Assembly (NCBI GenBank): GCA_965242525.1
Contig: OZ251459.1
Location: 3,136,001-3,200,000 of the forward strand
Length of the DNA: 64,000 nt
Reading direction: 5' to 3'
Origin: an uncultured Candidatus Binatia bacterium
GTDB taxonomy: Bacteria; Desulfobacterota; Binatia; UBA9968; JAJDTQ01
Under the pieces are notes generated by a model. It did no database searches and was not told the DNA's origin. It saw only the letters and a list, made by a program, of their open reading frames with translations. The position numbers and the translations under genes are program-made. Shown here in pieces: positions 57,034-64,000 of this stretch (position 1 is the first letter of the stretch; each line of letters starts with the position of its first letter).

Positions 57034-57903
57034 ATGGGCGTGCCGTCCGCAAGAGATCTGGTGAATCCCGTGCTTGTCGCCATCCGCGAAGCAGGCGGGA
57101 GCGCACTCATAGGAGAGATTACCGAGTCGGTCATTCGAGACCTTGGCCTGTCGGAGGACGACGCCAACCAACCGCATGGCACGGGAGGCACGGGATACCA
57201 GACCGAGCTTGAGTACAGGTTGGGTTGGGCCAGGTGGAGACTCAAGAAGTATGGAGTGATTACCAATTCGAATCGTGGCGTCTGGGCGCTTACTCCCAGA
57301 GGGGAGCGTACCGGAAAGATCGACCCCGGAGAAGTGGACCGCGCCATCAGGGAAGCAGAGCGTATCGAGCGGGAGTCGAGCGAACGCCCGGATTCGGCCA
57401 TTCCGGGCGGAAGCGAAACAGGGGAAGACCCCGAAGCCTCCTGGAAAGACCGTCTGCTGGAAGTCCTGTCGGGTATGTCCCCTGACGCTTTCGAGCGGTT
57501 GTGCCAACGGATGCTCAGGGAATCGGGCTTCATCGAAGTGACCGTTACCGGACGGTCGGGAGACGGAGGAATCGACGGGCACGGCATCATCCGTATGGGC
57601 GGACTGATCAGTTTCCCCGTACTGTTCCAATGCAAACGCTGGCAAGGCAGCATAGGATCCGGCGTTGTCCGGGACTTCCGGGGCGCCATGGCGGGGCGCA
57701 GCGACAAGGGACTCCTGATCACGACCGGCAGTTTTACCCGTGACGCGAAAGCAGAAGCCACGCGGGACGGCGCGCCTCCCATGGACCTGATCGACGGCAG
57801 CCTTCTCGCAGACAAGCTGAAGGAGCTTGAGATCGGGGTCAAGACCGAGACGGTGGTGGAAGAACGGGTTGTGATAGATGGCGAGTTCTTCGAAAGAGTC
57901 TGA
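57034..57903 (+). CDS. mrr: Mrr-family (type IV) restriction endonuclease
   Basis: Mrr_N wHTH (RLGWAR...RGVW), FERLC, DGGIDG, QCKRW, LIDG. Confidence 0.92.
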   Translation: MGVPSARDLVNPVLVAIREAGGSALIGEITESVIRDLGLSEDDANQPHGTGGTGYQTELEYRLGWARWRLKKYGVITNSNRGVWALTPRGERTGKIDPGEVDRAIREAERIERESSERPDSAIPGGSETGEDPEASWKDRLLEVLSGMSPDAFERLCQRMLRESGFIEVTVTGRSGDGGIDGHGIIRMGGLISFPVLFQCKRWQGSIGSGVVRDFRGAMAGRSDKGLLITTGSFTRDAKAEATRDGAPPMDLIDGSLLADKLKELEIGVKTETVVEERVVIDGEFFERV

Positions 57904-58636
57904 CGCCCTTCTACGGGACTCTCCCGTATCGGCCGTCCCGTGGGGCTACGCCGGCGAGGGAGCGCCCGAGAACTGGGCGAGGCTGTCGGACGAGTACCGG
58001 CTTTGCGGCGAAGGGGTCGAGCAGTCGCCGGTGGACATTACCGGATACGTCGAGGGCGACGGACCGGCCGTTTCGTTTCTGTACCGTACGGATGCGCGGC
58101 GTGTCGCCAACACGGGAACCTTCCTCAGGGTCGAGTACGGCGGGGAGAGCCGGCTGCAACTGGACGGCGACGAATACCGGCTGGACCACCTCCACCTTCA
58201 TTATCCCGGCGAACATCGCATCGATGGCGAGTCCTTTGCCCTGGAGATGCACTTGGTGCATGTGCGGGCGTCCGGTGAAGTCGCAGTGGTGGGTGTCTTG
58301 TACCGCATGGGCGCCGCCAACCCTGCCATCCAGTCCATCATCGATGCTGCGCCGCGGGCCAACGAAGCCCGCGATGCTTCGCCGGCCCTGAGCGCCTCCG
58401 CGTTCCTGCCACAGACCCTTGGCTACTACGCATACATGGGATCCCTGACCACGCCGCCGTGCTCCGAATCGGTACGCTGGCTGGTAATGTCGGAGACCCG
58501 CGAGGTCTCCCGGGCACAGGTGGCGACGATGACCTCCATGACCGGAGGCGGAGCCAACAACCGCCCGCTACAGCCCCTCGGCAACCGCTCCATCACCGCG
58601 GTGTCCAGTGGCGGAGCTGCCGGACTGCGAAGGTAG
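57878..58636 (+). CDS. Alpha-class carbonic anhydrase (no signal peptide; start uncertain)
   Basis: WGY, QSPVDI, HLH...EH, EMHLVH, GSLTTPPC, NNRPLQP. Confidence 0.85.
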   Translation: MASSSKESDALLRDSPVSAVPWGYAGEGAPENWARLSDEYRLCGEGVEQSPVDITGYVEGDGPAVSFLYRTDARRVANTGTFLRVEYGGESRLQLDGDEYRLDHLHLHYPGEHRIDGESFALEMHLVHVRASGEVAVVGVLYRMGAANPAIQSIIDAAPRANEARDASPALSASAFLPQTLGYYAYMGSLTTPPCSESVRWLVMSETREVSRAQVATMTSMTGGGANNRPLQPLGNRSITAVSSGGAAGLRR

Positions 58637-58667
58637 GTTGACCTGCCGCAACGAGACAGGAAGAGCC

Positions 58668-60890
58668 ATGCCGCAACGCCGCTTCGCATACGTCGGTCGC
58701 AACATCCCCCGGGTCGACGGCGTGGACAAGGTGACCGGGCGGGCCAGGTTTACAGGCGACGTGGTGCTGCCCCGGATGCTCGAAGGCCGCATCCTGCGAA
58801 GCCCCCTGCCGCACGCGCGCATCCGAACCATCGACGCCTCCGGGGCGGAAGCCCTGGCCGGGGTCCGCGCGGTGGTGACCGCGGCCGACCTATCGGGCCT
58901 GGACCCGTTCTACAACGGCCGTCCGGTGGTGGCCATGGACAAGGCGCGCTACGTGGGCGAGCCGGTGGCCGCGGTGGCAGCGGAGGACGAGCAGACTGCG
59001 GAGGCCGCGCTTTCGCTGATCCGCGTGGACTACGAAGAGTTGCTGTCGGCACTGGGCATGGACGCGGCCTTGGCGCCGGGGGCGCCGCTGATCCACGACG
59101 ACGCGCCCGGCAACGTGTGCGCCCACGAACGGGTGGAGCAGGGGGACGTGGACCGGGGGTTTGCCCTCTCGGACCGCGTGTTCGAGGCCCGTTACACGTT
59201 CCCCATGGTCTATCACTACAGCATGGAGCCCCACGCCGCGGTGGCGCGCTGGGACGCGGACGGCATCGACCTGTGGTCGTCGGCCCAGCATCCCTTCCTG
59301 GTGCAGCAGGACATGGCGCGCATATTCGGCATGGCCCGGTCGCAGGTGCGGTTGCGGGTCCCCTACCTGGGCGGCGGCTTCGGCGGCAAATCCTACACCA
59401 AGTTCGAACCCCTGGTGGCGCTGCTCTCGCGCAAGGCGGGGCGTCCCGTGCGCGTGTGCCTGTCGGTGCCCGAGGCCATGGTGACGGTGCGGCGGCACGG
59501 CGCCAGCGTGAAGCTCCTGACCGGGGTCACGGACGACGGCGTGCTGGTGGCGCGGCAGGCGGAGATCCACCTCGACACCGGCGCGTACACGGAGAACACC
59601 CGCATGGTGGCCCAACTGGCCGCCACACGGGTGCTGGGGCCGTACCGCATCCCTCATCTCCGGAGCGACGTGTACTCGGTCCATACCAACGCGGGCTCCG
59701 CGGGCTCGTTCCGCTCCGTGGGCGCGCCCCAGACCCTGTTCGCCTGCGAGTCGCAGATGGACGAGATCGCGGCGAGCCTGGGCCTGGACCCCGTGGCCCT
59801 GCGCAGCCGGAACCTGCTCGAACGGGGGGAGACGCTCCAGCCGAAGCTGCGGCCCGTGGACGTGGACCTGCACGCGAGCCTGGAGCGGCTGGCGTCCGGC
59901 GCCCGATGGGCGGCGCGGGCCGCGAGCGCCGGGGCGCCGGTGGGGTTCGCCTGCGGCTCCACCAACGCCGGCGGCCAGTTGCCGGTGTCGGTGGCGTTGG
60001 TGCGCCTCGGCCCCGACGGCCAGGTGTCGGTGCTCGCGGGCAGCACCGAGATGGGCCAGGGGGTCAAAACCGTGTTCACCCAGGTGGTCGCGGAGGAGTT
60101 GGCGTTGCCGTGCCACCGTGTCCGGGTCGTGTCCGTGGATACCGCGGTGACCCCCTACGACCACTCCACCGGCGCCAGCCGCTCCACCACGGTCATGGGC
60201 CGGGCCGTCCAGGCCGCGGCCCGGGACCTCAAGCGGCAGTTGCGCAGGATCGCCGCAAGGGCGTTCGGCGTGACCCCGGGCAAGGTGCGGTTGTCGGACG
60301 ACGGGTGGCTTGCGTCCGGCGAGGGGCGGATGTCGTTCTCCGACGTGCTGGCGTGCCGTTTCGGCGCGGTGGCCGGCGAGATCGTGGGGCGCGGCACGGT
60401 GGGTCCCGAACTCGTCCAGTCCCGGACTCCGGTGCTGTGGGAAGTGGGCATGGGGGTGGCCGAACTGGACATCGACCGGGACACGGGCGCGCTGGCCTTG
60501 GCGAGCTACGTCTCCCTAGCGGACGTGGGCAAGGCCATCCATCCGCTGCACTGCGTCGCCCAGGAGGAAGGGGCGGCCATGATGGGCATCGGCCACACCT
60601 TCATGGAGCAGATGGTGCACGACCGCCACCAGTTGCTCAACCCCAACCTGATCGACTACCGGGTGCCCAGGTTCGCGGACCTCCCCGCGGAGTTCCATAC
60701 CCTGCTGGTGGAGAACCGGGACGGCATCGGCCCCTACGGCAGCCGCGGCATGGGCGAGGGCGGCATCTTCTCGGTGGCCCCCGCGGTGGCGAGCGCACTG
60801 GCCCGAGCCACCGGAGTCCGCATCCGCGACCTGCCGCTCACCCCGGAACGGGTCTGGCGGGCGCTACGGAACGAGGAGCGAGAGGGGTAG
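58668..60890 (+). CDS. Xanthine dehydrogenase family molybdopterin-binding subunit
   Basis: KVTGRA, LRSPLPHA, GGGFGGK, EMGQG, GMGEGG, LPLTPE. Confidence 0.93.
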   Translation: MPQRRFAYVGRNIPRVDGVDKVTGRARFTGDVVLPRMLEGRILRSPLPHARIRTIDASGAEALAGVRAVVTAADLSGLDPFYNGRPVVAMDKARYVGEPVAAVAAEDEQTAEAALSLIRVDYEELLSALGMDAALAPGAPLIHDDAPGNVCAHERVEQGDVDRGFALSDRVFEARYTFPMVYHYSMEPHAAVARWDADGIDLWSSAQHPFLVQQDMARIFGMARSQVRLRVPYLGGGFGGKSYTKFEPLVALLSRKAGRPVRVCLSVPEAMVTVRRHGASVKLLTGVTDDGVLVARQAEIHLDTGAYTENTRMVAQLAATRVLGPYRIPHLRSDVYSVHTNAGSAGSFRSVGAPQTLFACESQMDEIAASLGLDPVALRSRNLLERGETLQPKLRPVDVDLHASLERLASGARWAARAASAGAPVGFACGSTNAGGQLPVSVALVRLGPDGQVSVLAGSTEMGQGVKTVFTQVVAEELALPCHRVRVVSVDTAVTPYDHSTGASRSTTVMGRAVQAAARDLKRQLRRIAARAFGVTPGKVRLSDDGWLASGEGRMSFSDVLACRFGAVAGEIVGRGTVGPELVQSRTPVLWEVGMGVAELDIDRDTGALALASYVSLADVGKAIHPLHCVAQEEGAAMMGIGHTFMEQMVHDRHQLLNPNLIDYRVPRFADLPAEFHTLLVENRDGIGPYGSRGMGEGGIFSVAPAVASALARATGVRIRDLPLTPERVWRALRNEEREG

Positions 60891-61058
60891 TCGGGGATCC
60901 GCCGGGGCACGCCGCCGGTTTCTTGAAAGTTTCCTCCTTTCGTGATTAGATCCTGATCGTCGGTTCGGTAATTGGCCGTTTCACTCCGGTTATCGAAGTC
61001 CTGACGGCTTTCCTGACGGACTCCCTTTTATGCAAGTTCCCTACGAGAGATTACCGTG

Positions 61059-61865
61059 ATGTCGCAACCCACAGCTTTCAAAAATCCCCCGGTTGACGAG
61101 GTAGTGGTATCCACGTACTTCAGCCCGCCCCTATCCGGTTTGCGAAACGAGCACATCGGTCTGTTTTGGGGGAAGATAAAAGGGGATTTTCCCGTCGTGA
61201 GCCAGCAACCGCCGGTGGTGGGTCAGCAATCCCCGGCTGAAATGGTGCAGAGCATCGACGCCGACGAACCGTTCCCAATGCCCAGATACTGGATCATCTC
61301 GAAGAACGAGACAGAACTCATCCAGATCCAGAAAAACGCTTTCATGTTCAACTGGCGCCGCAGAGGCGAGGAATACCCACGATTCCACGGGCGTATCAAA
61401 CCGGCCTTCGACGAATACTACGGTCGTTTCAGCGAATTCGTCCGAACGGAAATCGACACGACGGAGCCTCTCATCGACCTGTGCGAGCTGACCTACATCA
61501 ACGTAGTGGAGCGATGTGAGTACTGGAACGGACCGCAGGATACAAGGAAAGTCGTACCTGCGTTTTCGCTCCTTGCACCGGGTATCGATTCTTCGGAGCC
61601 GTCGGGGTTCGTCTGCAATTACGGTTACGGAGCGGGCGATTTGCGCCTCAATGTCGGCATACGCAACGGCGCCAGGGCCGAGCAGCCGGACATGGCTGTC
61701 CTGGTATTGGAGATCAAGGCGAGCAGCCGCCTTGGTCAAGTTGCAAAGTCGGAAGTGGACGCATGGTTCGAGCGTGCTCATGACGTTATCTTCAGGTGTT
61801 TCATGGGCATAACGAGCAAAGACATCCGGGATAGATATTGGAAACCGACGGAGACGATGCAATGA
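61059..61865 (+). CDS. TIGR04255-like sporadically distributed protein
   Basis: FKNPPVDEVV, PRYW, LIQIQ...FNWR...YPRF, LTYIN, AHD...F. Recognised by motif only. Confidence 0.75.
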   Translation: MSQPTAFKNPPVDEVVVSTYFSPPLSGLRNEHIGLFWGKIKGDFPVVSQQPPVVGQQSPAEMVQSIDADEPFPMPRYWIISKNETELIQIQKNAFMFNWRRRGEEYPRFHGRIKPAFDEYYGRFSEFVRTEIDTTEPLIDLCELTYINVVERCEYWNGPQDTRKVVPAFSLLAPGIDSSEPSGFVCNYGYGAGDLRLNVGIRNGARAEQPDMAVLVLEIKASSRLGQVAKSEVDAWFERAHDVIFRCFMGITSKDIRDRYWKPTETMQ

Positions 61866-62521
61866 ACGCCGAAGTAACTACTACTGTCCTGGCCTGTTCA
61901 CCGTCTGTACCCGAAGCGCTTTCCTCCTTCGGCCCGGAGCGGAATACGGCACGACAGGTATCAGAGCTTCTTGTCCGTTTCCTCGATGCGAGACAGGGAC
62001 GGGCGGTATCCCTGCGCCCGTCCGATAAAGTCCATGATACGTTTCTGGCTTCATCCGTGGATTGTTTGACTGTCTCGACCGGTCGCGGCATCGATTCCGT
62101 CTTCGATCCCGATCTACGGAGTCAGTACATGTCCGAGTCTGTGGAAAAGGAAAGGGAGACGCGACGTACTTATCACGCCTATGGACTCCGAATCGAAGCC
62201 CTGCGCAGCGATGCCGCGTTGGACGGCTTTGCGATGAACGAGGCGTCCAAAGAGGACTTCTGGTCGTTCGTCGGCTCTCTCTCCTTCGCGCAAAGGGCAG
62301 GGTTGGTGCTCATGGACAACGGGAACCTGCGCGCCGTCTGGAAGGGTGATGGCGAGAGCCGCGTCGGACTCCAGTTTCTGGGGGGCCGATTGGCGGAGTA
62401 TGTCATTTTCAAGCGACGGCAGGCTGCCAGGACTGTTTCGCGAGTGGCGGGCCGCGACACGCTGGACGGGATCAAGAAACAGATCCGTGCTTTCGATCTC
62501 GCCGCGATGATGGGCTTGTGA
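61862..62521 (+). CDS. Hypothetical protein (putative antitoxin/immunity-like)
   Basis: ATGA overlap upstream and GTGA overlap downstream; C-terminal MDNGNLRAVW beta-hairpin. Confidence 0.65.
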   Translation: MNAEVTTTVLACSPSVPEALSSFGPERNTARQVSELLVRFLDARQGRAVSLRPSDKVHDTFLASSVDCLTVSTGRGIDSVFDPDLRSQYMSESVEKERETRRTYHAYGLRIEALRSDAALDGFAMNEASKEDFWSFVGSLSFAQRAGLVLMDNGNLRAVWKGDGESRVGLQFLGGRLAEYVIFKRRQAARTVSRVAGRDTLDGIKKQIRAFDLAAMMGL

Positions 62522-62976
62522 TGGAACACGGTTCGAAGGCCGACGACCTCCCGGATGACGCCCACGTAGTCCGCTACGTCAAGCCACGCAAGCTTCTTGG
62601 AGACGGCAGTGTGGACGGCTCCGAATTTCGTTTGCGGCCTGACGACAAGGGCTTGTCCGTCAATTGGCTCGAGTGTTTTCGCGACCGTTCGAAAGAGGAG
62701 CAACTCGCCGAAGTGAGGCGGCTATCGCGGCTGCGGATGAGAGCAAGCGGCTGTCTTGCCGAACTCAACGTGGGCGCGACGAAACGGCATGTTCAGCACG
62801 AGGTTGCTGCCCTTCGATTCGTCCATGAGCCGTTGCCTGCCGATGCCGGGCACGAAGCTGACCCCTCACACAGTGAGATCCTGGGGCTGCCTCCGGGAGA
62901 CTCCCCGCAGGCGGCGCTGGTTGGCGACATGATTGCCGAATGCGTACGCGCCACCCACCCGACGGTGGCCAACTAG
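62518..62976 (+). CDS. Small protein with an ADP-ribosyltransferase-fold-like R..S..H signature (putative toxin)
   Basis: VVRYV...EFRLR...GLSVNW...DPSHSEI. Fold assignment is inference. Confidence 0.55.
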   Translation: MMEHGSKADDLPDDAHVVRYVKPRKLLGDGSVDGSEFRLRPDDKGLSVNWLECFRDRSKEEQLAEVRRLSRLRMRASGCLAELNVGATKRHVQHEVAALRFVHEPLPADAGHEADPSHSEILGLPPGDSPQAALVGDMIAECVRATHPTVAN

Positions 62977-63011
62977 CGACGGTCCCACGAACAGGTTGGT
63001 ATCGCCTGCGC

Positions 63012-64000
63012 CTAGGAGTCCGCGCGCGCCCGCAGCCACGAGCGGATGCGGTCGGGGCTCAGGGGCAGGTCCTTGACCTCGATGCCCAGGGCGTTGCTGA
63101 CGGCGTTGCCCAGGGCGCCGGCGGTGCCGACGATGCCACCTTCGCCGGCGCCCTTGACGCCCAGCGGGTTGTAGGGGGAGGGGGCTTCTTCCAGCACTAG
63201 GTCGTCGATGGGGGGCACGTCGGTGCTGGTGGGGAGCAGGTAGTCCAGGAACGTGGTGGTCAGGAGTTGGCCGCCGTCTCCGTACACCAGCTCCTCCAGC
63301 ACCACGCCGCCGATGCCCTGGACCGCGGCGCCCACGGTCTGGCCGTGCACCATCAGGGGGTTGACCACGCGGCCCACGTCCTCCACCACCAGGTACTTGA
63401 GCACCTCCATCATGCCGGTCTCGGGGTCCACGGCCACGTGGGCCAGGTGCACGCCGTAGGTGTGGGTGATGTTGTTGGAGTTGTAGTAGGCCGTGGCCTC
63501 CAACTCCGGGACGCCCTGCTCGGTGGTGATGGCCTCGCGCAGGTGCGCCACCAGGTCTCCCAGGGCCAGCGCCGGGGCCTCGGTGCCGGGCTGGACCACC
63601 CGGCCGTCCTCCAGGGCGAGCTTCGACTTGTCCACGTCCAGGCGGCGGCCCGCGGCCTCCAGGATCTTGTCCTTCAGTTGCAATGCGGTCAGGTGCACGG
63701 CGTTGCCCGCCATGACCGTGCCCCGGCTGGCGAAGGTGCCCCAGCCGAAGGGCGACAGGTCGGTGTTGCCGTGGTGGACGGAGATGGCGTCCATGGGGAC
63801 GCCCAGGGCGTCGGCGCAGATCTGGGCCATGGCGGTCTCGTGCCCCTGGCCGAGTTGGGCGATGCTCAGATAGACGCTGACGCCGCCGCCTTCTCCCACC
63901 ACCATGCGGGCGCCCTCGTAAGGCTCCAAGCCGCCGGTGTTCTTGACGAAGTACGACAGGCCGATGCCGTGGCGCCGGCCGTCCTCCATGCGCCCCTGGA
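63012..64000 (-). CDS. Xanthine dehydrogenase/CoxL-family molybdopterin-binding subunit, 5'-truncated by window edge
   Basis: GQGHET, GTFASRG, NPLGVKGAGEGG, LPLSP. Confidence 0.92.
   Translation of the reverse strand, partial: QGRMEDGRRHGIGLSYFVKNTGGLEPYEGARMVVGEGGGVSVYLSIAQLGQGHETAMAQICADALGVPMDAISVHHGNTDLSPFGWGTFASRGTVMAGNAVHLTALQLKDKILEAAGRRLDVDKSKLALEDGRVVQPGTEAPALALGDLVAHLREAITTEQGVPELEATAYYNSNNITHTYGVHLAHVAVDPETGMMEVLKYLVVEDVGRVVNPLMVHGQTVGAAVQGIGGVVLEELVYGDGGQLLTTTFLDYLLPTSTDVPPIDDLVLEEAPSPYNPLGVKGAGEGGIVGTAGALGNAVSNALGIEVKDLPLSPDRIRSWLRARADS

Noticed and set aside
1-64000. Integron attC sites as the explanation for cassette-like genes
   Set aside because: The repeats lack a consistent RYYYAAC...GTTRRRY frame, genes are in mixed orientation, and no integron integrase is present.

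Overview
High-GC bacterial window with housekeeping and catabolic genes (mltG, thiD, plsY, ABC and TRAP transporters, oxidoreductases, amidohydrolases, Lhr, SRAP, two Mo-hydroxylase large subunits). Many small accessory or defence-like modules are interspersed, several visibly less GC-rich: a 5'-truncated P-loop NTPase + Rossmann/CARF-like + Zn-ribbon PfkB operon (1-3472), type III R-M, VapBC, a stand-alone AAA/wHTH ATPase, an N4C-type methyltransferase + GHKL-histidine kinase + receiver operon with no visible nuclease (34052-38729), a nucleotidyltransferase pair with an in-frame stop, Mrr, and a TIGR04255-like + unknown + ART-like triad (61059-62976). Many intergenic gaps carry non-autonomous repeats: about 25 copies of a REP-like core (CCGTTCGTCCTGAGCGTAGCGAAGCGAAGTCGAAGGACGC), often inside MITE-like units with GGAAMCYCTGAACAA-type terminal inverted repeats (three with exact 4-bp target duplications), plus dRS3-like palindromes. 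Some single genes are bracketed closely by these repeats, like cassettes. No rRNA, tRNA, CRISPR array, integrase or transposase was recognised. All product calls come from motifs read by eye; no database searches were run.
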